DNA from: Fimbriimonadia bacterium
GTDB lineage: Bacteria > Armatimonadota > Fimbriimonadia > Fimbriimonadales > JABRVX01
Direction of reading: 5' to 3'
NCBI GenBank assembly: GCA_041483895.1
Contig: JBGPGO010000017.1
Coordinates: forward strand, 13,808-77,807
DNA: 64,000 bases
The notes beneath the pieces were generated by a model, which worked only from the letters and a program-made list of their open reading frames with translations, was not told the DNA's origin and made no database searches. How positions within the stretch are numbered: the stretch's first letter is position 1; every line of letters starts with the position of its first letter. This document shows positions 9,893 to 20,367 of this stretch, piece after piece. Made by a program: the position numbers and the translations under genes.

Positions 9893-12028
9893 TCAACATC
9901 CCACACCGAAGTTTATGAATACGATATTCAGGTCCTGAAGGGTGACGACTCCATCGTGGTCCAGGTCCTCGGGCAGGCCGGAACCGGTCTCGCCGAAATG
10001 CAGAAAAATTAGGTTCATGTCGAGCAAATCTACGCAGCCGTCGCCGTTTACATCACCCTGCGGGAAGTTCTCGAGCGCGAAGAGCTGCGCCTCCTGCAGC
10101 TGCACCCAGTTCTGATCCACATCGCTCACGATGCGCGCGTACCGCCCCCTTACCGGCGTGAAACTGTACTCACACCGATTGCCGAGCCCGGTCAGCCACT
10201 GCAGCTCGAAATCCCCGGCCTGGCGGGTCAGGTCCCAATCGGTCTCCAACGGAACAATGGTCTGCTCACCGGCGAACTTGCCCGTCGTAGAGACCTCCAG
10301 ATGGAACTGGCTGAACCAATCGTGGGTGTTTCCGGCATACGAAAAAATGATCGCCTTGTAGAGCCAGTAGTTCTTTTGCAGGTCCACCTGCCACCACTGG
10401 TTCGCGAGGCCCAGCGGATACCAGGTGCGCGTTGGATCGGTCGTATCCCCGTTGTTGGCGTTTGCCGCGTGTTGCGCGTCGCTGCTTGCCGTCGCGGGTT
10501 TGCCCAGCGCCACGTCCACGATCCCGAGCGTGGCGCCGTCGGGCGGAGGGAAGATGCTGGTCAGAAACGTGTAGGTCGCGGCGTCGGTCTGCCCGCTCCA
10601 ATACGCGAGATTGGGTTGGATGATTTCGAGCCAGCGGTAGTCTTCTTGGCCGTCTTTCACGATTTTTATCATCATCAGCGCGTTGGCGCCGACGACGTTG
10701 ATCTTGCCGAACGGATTTGCGCGGAGGGTATGTCCGGTGGCGGTGGTAGTCGTCGGCGTCGATCGGTTGGGAAGCGCCATGCGCCCGTTCCAGTCCGACA
10801 TCCCGGTTATCACCGGGACGTTCGTGATCTGTTCGTTATTCTCGTTCTTTTGGTAGATGCTGATCTGGGCATCCGTCAGCGGGTCGCCATTGATATCGTA
10901 TAGCTGGATCGTGTTGCTGAGAGGCACGTCGTACATGAACTCGCCGTAGTAGCCCCGCCGCTTGTGCAGGTTCCGTTGGAAGAAGCCGGCGGTATGGGAG
11001 TCATAGTAACTGCCGTCGAAACCGGGCCACACATAGCCCCCGCCCATCAGCCCCGCCGCGTGGAAACCGTGTCCCGAACCCAGCTGCGTGCCGTCCAGAC
11101 GCATGATGTGATTCCAGCTAGGGTCCAGGTTCATGCGATATTCGTCGATGGCGCCGAGCTGGTGGGACAGCTCGTGCACGAGACCCCAATCGATGGAATT
11201 AATGATGGCATTCACATAGGTGTCCCAATCGAGCTGCTTTTGCTCCAAAGTGCTCCCATAGGTGGTGAATTGCCATCGTCCGTCGTTGAGCAGAACGTGC
11301 GGATCGGCGTCCATGTACGCCTGCCAATTGTTGAGGTTGTTGGGATCGAACGGCACGACGTTGATTTCTTCCACTCGAATTCGTTCGGTGATGCCGTTCG
11401 GGGCGACGAGCTGGTAGATGGAATGAGCGAAGTCAAGACGCATCGCGTCGAATTGCCACCGAAGCCAGTCCTCGAATGATTTGGTGCCGAAACCGTTGAT
11501 GCGGGCGTTGAACCGGTCGTATAGTCCCTGCTCGATCCAAATGCAGAAGCTCAGGCCGTTGGTGTAGTCGGCGTAGGTGTTGTTTTGGATGTACAGGTCC
11601 CCGATCTGATGGTCGGGATCGACCTGGATTCGGACCTTGTGATCGTCCAGGTTCGGCGGCCAGGTCCATTGCAGGGTGACGGTCACAGTCATGCCCGGCG
11701 CGACGTCACCCAAGTACACCTGGTTCTGCGGCGTCTGGGCCACGTCGTCGATGTACCATCGATACGCGAAATTGGTGGCCGCCGTCGTGCCGTGGTTTCG
11801 TATTTGGGCCGTGAAGGTGACCGCCTCGCCAGGGTTGGGCCAATGCTGGTCCAGGATCGGGTCTTTCCCGCCATGCGTCGATGCAAGAGAGGGGATGCCG
11901 TTTCCGTCGTATTGAACGTTGTATCGCCAATACAGCGGCGAGCGGCTGATGCATCGCACGCCCAGATCGACATACGCTTGCGCGCCCGAACAGGCGAGCA
12001 CCGAAATCGCGACCGCCCACTTCACCAT
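9893..12028 (-). CDS. Secreted multidomain protein: CARDB-like Ig domain, HExxH putative zinc peptidase, F5/8-type discoidin domain, dockerin-like EF-hand tail
   Basis: Signal peptide; IRNHG..VDPD..NN CARDB pattern; HELSH; DVALGKPATASS/WWQVDL/GRYARI discoidin; GDVNGDGCVDLLD. Confidence 0.75.
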   Translation of the reverse strand: MVKWAVAISVLACSGAQAYVDLGVRCISRSPLYWRYNVQYDGNGIPSLASTHGGKDPILDQHWPNPGEAVTFTAQIRNHGTTAATNFAYRWYIDDVAQTPQNQVYLGDVAPGMTVTVTLQWTWPPNLDDHKVRIQVDPDHQIGDLYIQNNTYADYTNGLSFCIWIEQGLYDRFNARINGFGTKSFEDWLRWQFDAMRLDFAHSIYQLVAPNGITERIRVEEINVVPFDPNNLNNWQAYMDADPHVLLNDGRWQFTTYGSTLEQKQLDWDTYVNAIINSIDWGLVHELSHQLGAIDEYRMNLDPSWNHIMRLDGTQLGSGHGFHAAGLMGGGYVWPGFDGSYYDSHTAGFFQRNLHKRRGYYGEFMYDVPLSNTIQLYDINGDPLTDAQISIYQKNENNEQITNVPVITGMSDWNGRMALPNRSTPTTTTATGHTLRANPFGKINVVGANALMMIKIVKDGQEDYRWLEIIQPNLAYWSGQTDAATYTFLTSIFPPPDGATLGIVDVALGKPATASSDAQHAANANNGDTTDPTRTWYPLGLANQWWQVDLQKNYWLYKAIIFSYAGNTHDWFSQFHLEVSTTGKFAGEQTIVPLETDWDLTRQAGDFELQWLTGLGNRCEYSFTPVRGRYARIVSDVDQNWVQLQEAQLFALENFPQGDVNGDGCVDLLDMNLIFLHFGETGSGLPEDLDHDGVVTLQDLNIVFINFGVGC

Positions 12029-12124
12029 ACCCGTCCTCCCTTGCCAACACGGCGCCGGCGTTTCTATTGACGGCTGCCGGGTTGCGGCGTTTCATACAGG
12101 ATATCGCAGGTCGGCCGCAAATTC

Positions 12125-12210
12125 GATGCGACCGGTCTCCCGACCGAGTCGCAAGTATGGTGAGGAGACGTCAAGAAACTTTGCGACTCGGTCGGGAGAC
12201 CGGTCGCATC
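12125..12210. repeat. REP family A inverted pair (REPIN-like), second locus
   Basis: 30 bp arms 12125-12154 and 12181-12210; spacer is the reverse-complement homologue of the spacer at 9783-9808. Confidence 0.9.
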
Positions 12211-12260
12211 TAACTTGATCTTCGCAGGAAGCGGTGCTCTGGCAACGAATCCCCACTAGC

Positions 12261-13100
12261 GTGAAACGATTGATTGGCGCGCATATGTCCACTTCGAAAG
12301 GCTTCGATGGGGCAATACGGGAAGGAGCCGAGATCGGCTGCGACTGCGTTCAGGTGTTCACGTCCAGCCCGATGATGTGGAAGGGCAAGACGATTAAAGA
12401 GGAGGACGTGGCGAAGTTCCACGCGGCGATCAAAGAGACGAAGATGGGGGCGGTGCTGACGCACGGGATTTACCTGATGAACCTGGCCTCGCCCGATGCG
12501 ACCATCTTAGAGCGCTCCAAACAGGCCTACGTGGAAGAGCTGACGCGCTGCGCGAAGCTCGGCATCCCGCATGCTGTGGTCCACGTCGGAAAGCACATGA
12601 GCTCGGGCGAAGAGGCGGGCGTCAAGACGCTTGGAGAAAGCATCGCATGGGTGCTAGACAATTCCGAGGGGTCGGATATCGCGATGGAGACGGACGCGGG
12701 ACAAGGGACCTGCATCGGGCACAAGTTCGAGCATTTGGGCAAGGTTTTGGAGATGAACAAGGGCCATAAGCGGCTTCGGGTCTGCATGGATACCTGCCAC
12801 ATCTTTGCCGCCGGGTACGACATCCGCACGCCGGCGGGGTTCAAGAAGGTTCTGGACGAGTTCGACAAGATCATTGGGCTGGACTGCCTCATAGGGATCC
12901 ATGCCAACGACAGCAAGTACCCGCTGGGCTCGCAAAAAGACCGGCATCAGCATATTGGGGACGGGGATATTGGCCTGGAGGCGTTCCGGTTCCTGGTAAA
13001 CGAGAAGCGGATCGCCCACGCGCCGATCTATGTTGAGACGCCGGAGATGGAGACGATGCACGCGGAAAACGTCCGCCGGCTGCGGTCGCTGGTGAAGTAA
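12261..13100 (+). CDS. nfo: Endonuclease IV (AP endonuclease family 2)
   Basis: IGAHMS, QVFT, HGIYLMNLAS, ETDAGQG, CMDTCHIFAAGYD, HANDSK, DRHQHIG, ETP. Confidence 0.95.
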   Translation: MKRLIGAHMSTSKGFDGAIREGAEIGCDCVQVFTSSPMMWKGKTIKEEDVAKFHAAIKETKMGAVLTHGIYLMNLASPDATILERSKQAYVEELTRCAKLGIPHAVVHVGKHMSSGEEAGVKTLGESIAWVLDNSEGSDIAMETDAGQGTCIGHKFEHLGKVLEMNKGHKRLRVCMDTCHIFAAGYDIRTPAGFKKVLDEFDKIIGLDCLIGIHANDSKYPLGSQKDRHQHIGDGDIGLEAFRFLVNEKRIAHAPIYVETPEMETMHAENVRRLRSLVK

Positions 13101-13174
13101 GCGGGGATTGAAAGGTTTGAGCCGATGAGTCCGCACCGCGAGACGACTCGCAGCCGCCCGTTGGCATCCCGACT

Positions 13175-14641
13175 CTACGGCACTCCGATCTTGGCGCTCT
13201 GCAGCCAGGCCCCGCCCATATCCGTGACCTTCGTGTTGAACGCCCAGTCGCCGCTGGCATTGGTGATCTTCATGACGAATAGGTTCTTGCCTTTCCGAAG
13301 CTGCACATCGATAACATTCGGCTGGTGGTGCCACTCGCGGTTGGCCGACGACGCGTAGAGCAACTGCCCGTTGTGCCAAAGCTTGAGGCCGCCGTCGCGT
13401 TGGTTCCAGATCTGGGCGAGCTGATCTTTGTCGGACTCGACCTCGAACGCGGCGTATACCACCTGGTCTGTGGTCAGTTCGCCCAGGGCGTCGGCAAAGC
13501 ACATGTACTTGCCCGGCGCGGAGGCCAGCTTCCAGGGCCGCCTGCCGTTCAGCGTCGCCAGCTTCGCCCCAATCTGGGCCTCGTCCGTGAACGCGTGATC
13601 GAGGCCATGGTCGGGCTTTCCTTTGGCCGCGAAGGGTCCGAGCACCAGCATGTCGCGCACGTAGGGGTTCAGCCAAGGGTTGTTGGAGCGGCGGGTGCAC
13701 GTGAGTTCGCGCCACATCTTGCGGGTGACGTACTCGCGCATGATCTGCTCGTAGAACGGCAGCCAATACTTCTGCCCTTCCTTAAGCCCGAAGACGCCCC
13801 ACAGCTCGCTGGCGCCGCCGCCGTCCGAGGTCCAGTCCATGAGGTCGTCGTAGCCTTGCACCCAGCCCAGGGCCATGCTGACGCAATGGAGCCACTCGTG
13901 GAGTTGGACTTCGCCGTCGGGACCCGTACAATTGCCCGCGCCACAGTTGAAGCCCACCCAGGTCGCCAGCTTGGTCTCGGGGAACGCGCCCATGGTGCCG
14001 GCGAGGCAGCTCCAGTTCAAGGGGTCGCTCTTCTCGTTCTTGTCGCCGGCGGCCTTGGCGTAGGCGAAGATGCTGTCTGCATCGCCGCGCTTCATGCCCT
14101 TGAGCGCTGAGGCGCAGGTGCTGAATCCAGGGTAGCCCTCCCACGAGGTCAGGGGCTTGTCGACAATCTCCATCTTCCATAGGATGCGGAGGTTGCCGTC
14201 GGTGTACTTCCACACGAGGTCCTTGAAGCCGTTCATGCCTTGCCGGATGCCTTCGATCTCGTCGTCGCGGAACTTGTAGACGGAGTGCAGGTCCTTGCCC
14301 TTGTCGTCCTTGTGCTTGACGTCGGTGTTGCGAAACACGAGGACCTTGACCTTCCACTCGCCGGCTTTGGCGGGGTCGGCGTTTGGGGGCACCTTCGCGC
14401 GAAGCTCTCGCAACTTAGCGAAAAGGACGGCTCGGGTGGTCGTCTTCGTGTCGGTGTGGCCCGAGTCGAGGATGTCCTCGTACAACTGAAGCGCCTTGGC
14501 GAAGTCGCCTTGTTTATCGGCCTCGACGGCGGATCGACGCGCGGCGTTGGCGTCGGGCAGGAATGGGACGGTCTTTGGCGCCTCTAAGGCGCTGAGAGCA
14601 GGCAAGGCAATGGACATCATGGCTATCGCGGCAACGATCAT
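13175..14641 (-). CDS. Secreted hypothetical protein with HExxH motif and a C-terminal beta-sandwich domain
   Basis: Signal peptide; HEWLH; LVLGPF...DGGLKLWHNG...LRKGKNLFVMK pattern. Confidence 0.6.
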   Translation of the reverse strand: MIVAAIAMMSIALPALSALEAPKTVPFLPDANAARRSAVEADKQGDFAKALQLYEDILDSGHTDTKTTTRAVLFAKLRELRAKVPPNADPAKAGEWKVKVLVFRNTDVKHKDDKGKDLHSVYKFRDDEIEGIRQGMNGFKDLVWKYTDGNLRILWKMEIVDKPLTSWEGYPGFSTCASALKGMKRGDADSIFAYAKAAGDKNEKSDPLNWSCLAGTMGAFPETKLATWVGFNCGAGNCTGPDGEVQLHEWLHCVSMALGWVQGYDDLMDWTSDGGGASELWGVFGLKEGQKYWLPFYEQIMREYVTRKMWRELTCTRRSNNPWLNPYVRDMLVLGPFAAKGKPDHGLDHAFTDEAQIGAKLATLNGRRPWKLASAPGKYMCFADALGELTTDQVVYAAFEVESDKDQLAQIWNQRDGGLKLWHNGQLLYASSANREWHHQPNVIDVQLRKGKNLFVMKITNASGDWAFNTKVTDMGGAWLQSAKIGVP

Positions 14642-14786
14642 GGCACAACCTCTCGGGACTGGTATGCCCACATTATGGCGTCGGACCTGCGGTGGCCGGT
14701 GCGCCACAGACAGCGAATGAGGAGGCAATGCACGATCCTCATCCGCCCTGATCTACTGGGCCGCTAGAAACTCACCGCTCAGCCCA

Positions 14787-15278
14787 TTAGAAATGCACTT
14801 GCTGATCGCCCCAGCATGTTTGTAGGTAGTCGATCTGCGCGGCATGGGAAAAGGCATGAATCCCCGGCAATTTCATCAGGAATGTCATCGGCATGGACCA
14901 GCCCAGCGAACTATCAAGAGTAGTGCCGATCGCTTCAGGAGTCAATGTATCGAGGGCAGCGATCACTTCGTCCGTGTTCTTTCGGAACAGGCTCTCCATC
15001 TCGACCCGGCTGGTTAACACCTGTTCCGCGGCCTCTATTCGCGCCACGAACTCGGGTATTTCATCGCCGGTTGGGAGCTTCCGATCGCGAATCATCTGTG
15101 CAAAGCTGCCGGCACAAAGCGCTGTGTGCGCGGCAATCCGGATGGCGGACTTTGCTGTCGGCGACGGTGTCCAATTCAGCTTGTCGTCCGGTACAAACGA
15201 GAACGTCTTCAGGAATTCCTCCATTCCATGCACTGCGCTCTCTTTATAGGAAGCAACCAGACTTTCCACTTTTGTCAT
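14787..15278 (-). CDS. DinB/YfiT-like protein
   Basis: VPDDKLNWTPSPTAKS, AAH and C-terminal H-x-x-x-H-x-x-Q-I-x-Y-L motif; GAGGAGG RBS. Confidence 0.8.
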   Translation of the reverse strand: MTKVESLVASYKESAVHGMEEFLKTFSFVPDDKLNWTPSPTAKSAIRIAAHTALCAGSFAQMIRDRKLPTGDEIPEFVARIEAAEQVLTSRVEMESLFRKNTDEVIAALDTLTPEAIGTTLDSSLGWSMPMTFLMKLPGIHAFSHAAQIDYLQTCWGDQQVHF

Positions 15279-15334
15279 CCTTCCTCCTCATGCCGATTCT
15301 GTTGCGTTTCGGCGGGGCCGCTGATGGTTTTACA

Positions 15335-16282
15335 TCAGACGTCATCAGATTTGAAATAGAGTCGAGCAACCTCGGCAACGGCTTGATCCGCATAAAGTGC
15401 CTTCTTAGAGCTCTTTGGATTTCCAGGATCGAGTAGCCGGATGTGGCACAAGTCTGCATTCGCCTTTATCTGATTCAGGACTTGTATAAATCTCGGATCC
15501 GCTTTGAATTCCGAATGGTCATCCTTTAGCTTAGTGACGAGCGATTTGTAGTCCAGCGGAAAGACTGTCCTGATGTCCTCCTGGGAGATTTGAACCTTTG
15601 GAGCCAGTGGATCATGAGTAAGGGCAAGCCCGGTTGTAGCTGGAGTGGAACCACTGGTTTGAATCGGATTGATTTGAGCATTCATGGGACCTATCTGGGC
15701 AATTCGAGCGAACAAATCCGTCCATCTCCGTTCGACAGAAACTTCGATGTGACGCATCATTTCCGCAAGTTCGGGATACTTGATGCGTTCGGACTTTGCT
15801 CGGTACCGGTAATAGATGTCTCCCTCTTTTATTTCACCCACATTCTTAGTCGCCATCACGGGCTTTCGGAGGGCCGGCGGCGCATAAATGTAGCCAAGGG
15901 TCACTCCATGGAGCAGGAACGTCCCTCGGACATAGCGCACCTCTGGTGAAAAGTACTCGTTTAGAAACCCCGTTATCGTCGCATCATCCTGCTGTTCAAA
16001 GTTGGCGGTGAGCAATCCGACGAGCTCTCTCGGCTGATTCTTGACGCCGAAAATGAGATACCCACCTGAAGAATTTGCGAAGGCCGCTAGCGTCTTGCTG
16101 TAGCTGTCCTTCGACCCCCAATTGAATGCTTGCTTAAACTCGATGCTAGACCCCTCTCGGGCCAATACTCGACGTGGGGACGAATCGTCGACCTTCAACC
16201 GGCGGACAAGAGTGGTCTCGTGGTCTTCACCGATTTCCGCTTCCTTATGCTGTGCGCTCGTGTACTTCTTCACTTGCGTCAT
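15335..16282 (-). CDS. AlbA_2 (Schlafen-like) domain protein with an extra C-terminal domain
   Basis: REGSSIEFK, AAFANSSGGYLIFGV, YYRY motifs; C-terminal LDPGNPKSSKK-x-x-Y segment. Confidence 0.85.
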   Translation of the reverse strand: MTQVKKYTSAQHKEAEIGEDHETTLVRRLKVDDSSPRRVLAREGSSIEFKQAFNWGSKDSYSKTLAAFANSSGGYLIFGVKNQPRELVGLLTANFEQQDDATITGFLNEYFSPEVRYVRGTFLLHGVTLGYIYAPPALRKPVMATKNVGEIKEGDIYYRYRAKSERIKYPELAEMMRHIEVSVERRWTDLFARIAQIGPMNAQINPIQTSGSTPATTGLALTHDPLAPKVQISQEDIRTVFPLDYKSLVTKLKDDHSEFKADPRFIQVLNQIKANADLCHIRLLDPGNPKSSKKALYADQAVAEVARLYFKSDDV

Positions 16283-16627
16283 TCTTTTACCCGAAGAAGC
16301 AACACAAGTTCCCGACACATCGACAAACCCTGGCGGGGGGGGCATCTGTCCAGCGGCCAGAACAGGGCCTAGGCGAAGCTTGGAAATGGCCGAGCGAAGC
16401 TGGAAATGAGCCGTCAGTCCTGGGAATGACCGCCTAATCCCGCCTCGAGTCGATCCGGTGCGACGCTGCCATGAGGATTCTGGGTGCCTCCGAGGTATCC
16501 TATAACGGTTTCGGGGTAGGGTGAGCTCAGGTTCTTCGCAGCCTCGGCCGAATTAGGACGCCATCGTCGCGGCTGAACCGTCTTTCTAGTCGGAACGTAG
16601 GATCAGCCGTGTTTGGAAGGAAGCGTT

Positions 16628-19348
16628 ATGGGCCGAATGAAGCAGTCGAAGCACAAGTACAGACCAACCCTCTTCGACAGCATGCCGGTCCCTGACGATC
16701 AGAATGCCTACACGACGGCAAAGCACCTCACGAACGAGGCAAGCGTCGAGCAGTTCTTTGTCGCCCCTTTGCTCAAGGACCTGGGTTTTACGCAAGGGGA
16801 CATTAAGCCCAAGACGAGCATTAGCGAACTTACGGTTTCCAAAGGAGCACGCAAGCTCAAATACAAACCGGACTACGTCCTACTCAGCGGCAAAATGCCA
16901 GTTTGCGTTCTGGATGCGAAGTCGCCCAACGAGAAGATTGAAGACTGGATAGAGCAGTGCAGCGGCTATTGCCTCGCTTTGAATCGGACAGTAACAGGAG
17001 CAAACCCGGTCCAGTATTTCCTGCTCACCAATGGATACCGAACAGCTTTGTACCGCTGGGACGCTGAACAGCCAATTCTTGATCTGAACTTCGCGGACTT
17101 CAACTACGGCAACGCTCGGTTCGATGAACTCCGCTCCCTCGTCGGCCCAGCGGGCCTTAAAGCGGTGCTTGCAGGGTTGGCCCCCCTGCCGACCGGCCAG
17201 CACGTATTCAACCGCGTGACAGGAGAAAAGGCGAGACAACTCTTCGCCCAGTGCCACAAGGCGATCTGGAAATCCGAGGTGTGCTCGCCCTCAAAGGCCT
17301 TCATGGAGTTCATCAAGCTCATGTTTGTCAAGCTGGCCGAGGATAAGCGGTTGCGGCGGTTGGAAGAAACAAAAGCGGTGTTTGCCGACAACTCGGCGAA
17401 GATTTCCGTACCACGCCAGTACGTGCGGTTCTCCTCTCGCTGGATCGACAGTCGTCTTGAAGACGGGATCACCAACCCTATCAACGACATACTGTTCCAC
17501 CAGTTGCGAGATGAGATCGAGAGGGGTATCCAGCTTAAGGAAAAGAAGCGCATCTTCGACACAAACGAGGAAATAGACCTGCGTCCCGATACGATCCAGG
17601 AAGTAGTCCGAAAGCTCGAGGGCTTTGACCTATTCGGGATTGATGAGGACCTGAACGGGCGGCTCTTTGAGACGTTTCTCAGTGCCACGATGCGTGGTCG
17701 CGACCTCGGGCAATTCTTCACGCCTAGATCGATCGTGAAGATGATGACAAAGCTTGCCGACCTCCACGCTGATCGCAGTCGGCAAGATCGGATTCTAGAC
17801 GGATGTTGCGGCACAGGAGGGTTCTTAATCGAGGCATTGACCGAAATGCGGAACCGAATTAGGGAAAACAATTCATTGTCCGAGAACGAGAGGGACAACC
17901 TTTACGGCATCATCGCAAACCAGTGTCTGTTCGGTGTTGACTACGGCAAAGACCCCCCACTAGCGCGGATCGCACGGATCAACATGTATCTGCATGGAGA
18001 CGGCGGCAGTCGCATTTACTATGCCGACACGTTGGACAAGTCCTTCTCCGAGCCATCTGCCACGCCACACGAACTAGCCCAGAATCTCACCGAGATACGA
18101 GACGAGCTGGAGGACGGCAGCTATTTCGACGCTGTGTTAACTAATCCACCTTTCTCAATGGCGAAGGAAGCGAAGAACCCAGCAGAAAAGAAGATCCTTG
18201 AACCATACGCCGTGGCCCACGATGGCGCGAAAAAGAGGCTCCGGAGCTCCGTCCGGTCGAGCATTCTATTCATTGAGCGGTACTTCGATCTCTTGAAGCC
18301 GGGCGGCTACTTGATTAGTGTTCTCGATGACACGCTCTTGTCGAGTAGTGATTTCCGCTTTGTCCGAGACTTCATCCGAGAGCACTTCCTTATTCGTGGG
18401 CTGATCTCGTTGCCTGGTGATGCTTTCCGACGCTCGGGCGCACGCGTCAAGACTTCGGCAGTGATACTTGAGAAGAAGCGTAAAGCAATCGACAAGCAAG
18501 CCTCCTGCTACGGCTACTTTTCTACGGCGTTGGGTGTCGATGACCTAACGCCTCGCGCCGATAGTCTATCTATCGCACGAGCGCGCGATGCCGCGACGAC
18601 CGAGATGGACAAGATCGTTGCTGAGTTTCGGAACTTCATGGCGAAGGGCACGGCACCTCTTGTGTTGCCGCCTAGTCGGTTCGCGGATCGGCTTGACCTG
18701 AAGTTTTGCGCGCCGACGCTGAACCGAAAAAGCACGAACTGGAAGAAGGCAGGCTTTGAGGTGCGACCGCTCTCGAAGGTGCTAAAACTAATCAATTTGG
18801 AATGGACTCCAAGCGACCACCCGGATGAACTGCACCGTCTCCTGAAGGTTACATATAATGGCGACTGCCAAGTGGAGCGTGAGATTCTGGGTAAGCAGAG
18901 CAAGGCGTCAACCTTTTACCGTGTCAAAAAAGGCCAACTTGTGTTCTCTACCATTCGTGCCACGGACGGCGCAGTCGGGATCGTTTCAGCAGAATTGGAT
19001 AGCGCGTTTGTCTCGTCGACAAGCTTCAATGTCTTCGATGTTGGCGATGAAGAGACGACGGCATATGTGTGGTCGGTGTTGCGATCCTTCGAGGTTCGCG
19101 CCGATCTCCAATCGCTTTCTCCAGGCACAAACCGATACACATCCTACTGGCCAGATATTGACATCGTTGAGATACCTTGGCCTGACGCCGCTACGCGGAA
19201 AAAGATCGCGAAGGCCGCGCTCAAGGTTTTAGAAGCTCGTCGTGCTGTCGGAACGCTCGAGTCTGCCGTTGACGATCTATTGAAACCGCTGGATATCAAC
19301 AGCGAGGACTCCAAGTCTCGATTCAGGGCGTCAAAAGCACCCACCTAA
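16628..19348 (+). CDS. Single-chain restriction-modification enzyme (HsdR_N-like nuclease + N6-adenine MTase + TRD-like C-terminus; type IIG-like)
   Basis: PD...DAK nuclease motif, LTNG, GQFFTP, DGCCGTGGFL, NPPF; HsdS-like C-terminus; no helicase domain. Confidence 0.88.
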   Translation: MGRMKQSKHKYRPTLFDSMPVPDDQNAYTTAKHLTNEASVEQFFVAPLLKDLGFTQGDIKPKTSISELTVSKGARKLKYKPDYVLLSGKMPVCVLDAKSPNEKIEDWIEQCSGYCLALNRTVTGANPVQYFLLTNGYRTALYRWDAEQPILDLNFADFNYGNARFDELRSLVGPAGLKAVLAGLAPLPTGQHVFNRVTGEKARQLFAQCHKAIWKSEVCSPSKAFMEFIKLMFVKLAEDKRLRRLEETKAVFADNSAKISVPRQYVRFSSRWIDSRLEDGITNPINDILFHQLRDEIERGIQLKEKKRIFDTNEEIDLRPDTIQEVVRKLEGFDLFGIDEDLNGRLFETFLSATMRGRDLGQFFTPRSIVKMMTKLADLHADRSRQDRILDGCCGTGGFLIEALTEMRNRIRENNSLSENERDNLYGIIANQCLFGVDYGKDPPLARIARINMYLHGDGGSRIYYADTLDKSFSEPSATPHELAQNLTEIRDELEDGSYFDAVLTNPPFSMAKEAKNPAEKKILEPYAVAHDGAKKRLRSSVRSSILFIERYFDLLKPGGYLISVLDDTLLSSSDFRFVRDFIREHFLIRGLISLPGDAFRRSGARVKTSAVILEKKRKAIDKQASCYGYFSTALGVDDLTPRADSLSIARARDAATTEMDKIVAEFRNFMAKGTAPLVLPPSRFADRLDLKFCAPTLNRKSTNWKKAGFEVRPLSKVLKLINLEWTPSDHPDELHRLLKVTYNGDCQVEREILGKQSKASTFYRVKKGQLVFSTIRATDGAVGIVSAELDSAFVSSTSFNVFDVGDEETTAYVWSVLRSFEVRADLQSLSPGTNRYTSYWPDIDIVEIPWPDAATRKKIAKAALKVLEARRAVGTLESAVDDLLKPLDINSEDSKSRFRASKAPT

Positions 19349-19425
19349 ATGAGACGGTCGCTAGCCGAAAGAGTAACGGTTGCAAAAAGCCATATCGGCC
19401 TTTTCTTTCGTTTGTTCGAAACGTT

Positions 19426-19611
19426 GTGAATGGCGAGATCGAGGATGTGGCCGCTGGTTGCCGCTTCGAGCGGGAAGGCGGGCGGCACTCAATTTGGCTC
19501 AATCCGGCAAACGGCGCGTCTGCGGCTATTCCGCGGCATACCGAGTTGAAGCGGAACACCGTACGGCAGATTTGCCAAGACCTTGGCGTGGAGAAACCGC
19601 TTGGAATGTAA
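19426..19611 (+). pseudogene. HicA-family toxin with its N-terminus replaced by repeat-derived sequence
   Basis: GCRFEREGGRHSIW, IPRH-x-E, VRQICQDLG; the usual N-terminal helix is missing. Confidence 0.7.
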
Positions 19612-19612
19612 C

Positions 19613-19834
19613 CTAAAAGACCGGCGCGATGCGCTCGATCAGCGTCTTGGGGCCTTTTGCGCGAAGGGCTTGATCGCGCCGATAGGCGGTCAGCTCGTGA
19701 AGGGCATCCAGGACCATCTCCCGCGCTTCTTCGACCGTCTCGCCTTCGGAGACAGCACCGGGCACCTCCGGAATGAAAGCCGTAAAGCCGCCTTCTTCCG
19801 CAGGTTCAAACACGATGGTGATTTCGCTGTCCAT
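19613..19834 (-). CDS. HicB-family antitoxin
   Basis: EEGGFTAFIPEVPGAVSEGETVEEA motif; TATAAT 6 nt before ATG. Confidence 0.88.
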   Translation of the reverse strand: MDSEITIVFEPAEEGGFTAFIPEVPGAVSEGETVEEAREMVLDALHELTAYRRDQALRAKGPKTLIERIAPVF

Positions 19835-19965
19835 GAGTCTATTATACGCCGAGGACTCGCAGTCGGCGACTCGAAGGTAGGATTTCTTCGTTAGTTTGCC
19901 TTTTCTTAATTCTGTTCGAAACGTCGTGAATGGCGAGATCGAGGAAGTGGCCCGCCGGTTGCGAA

Positions 19966-20304
19966 TCAGTGAAACGGACGCACCTCGACCGGCGCCCGAC
20001 AGGCGACGACGGCCTTGCGTCCCCACTCCACCGCCTCGGCCAGGTCAGCGCATTCCAGCACCCAGAAACCGCCCACGTGCTCCTTGGTCTGAAGGTACGG
20101 TCCGTCGGTGATGAGCACCTCCCCATCGGGCTGCGCCCGTAGCGACTTCGCGTTGCGTGCCGGTTGCAGGCCGTCGGCGGAAATCCTGACACCGGCAGCC
20201 ACCATCTCGGCGTTGAGCGCGCAGATATCGCGGACCATCGCTTCGTCCTCTGCGACAGACGGGTCGTAATCGTCTGGGTGGTGAATTGCAACCAAATACT
20301 TCAT
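19966..20304 (-). CDS. YciI/DGPF-family protein
   Basis: ITDGPYLQTKEHVGGFW and VEVRP motifs. Confidence 0.9.
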   Translation of the reverse strand: MKYLVAIHHPDDYDPSVAEDEAMVRDICALNAEMVAAGVRISADGLQPARNAKSLRAQPDGEVLITDGPYLQTKEHVGGFWVLECADLAEAVEWGRKAVVACRAPVEVRPFH

Positions 20305-20367
20305 GACTTCCCCTTTAACGGTCTTCGGGCGGGCCGGTTGCCCTGCCTTCACGTTATAGTGGCACGG

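Larger units (their letters stand above)
19399..19962 (+). repeat. About 63 bp imperfect direct repeats (19399-19461 and 19899-19962) flanking the hicA fragment and hicB
   Basis: CCTTTTCTT..TGTTCGAAACGTYGTGAATGGCGAGATCGAGGAWGTGGCC..GGTTGC occurs twice, 500 bp apart. Confidence 0.9.
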
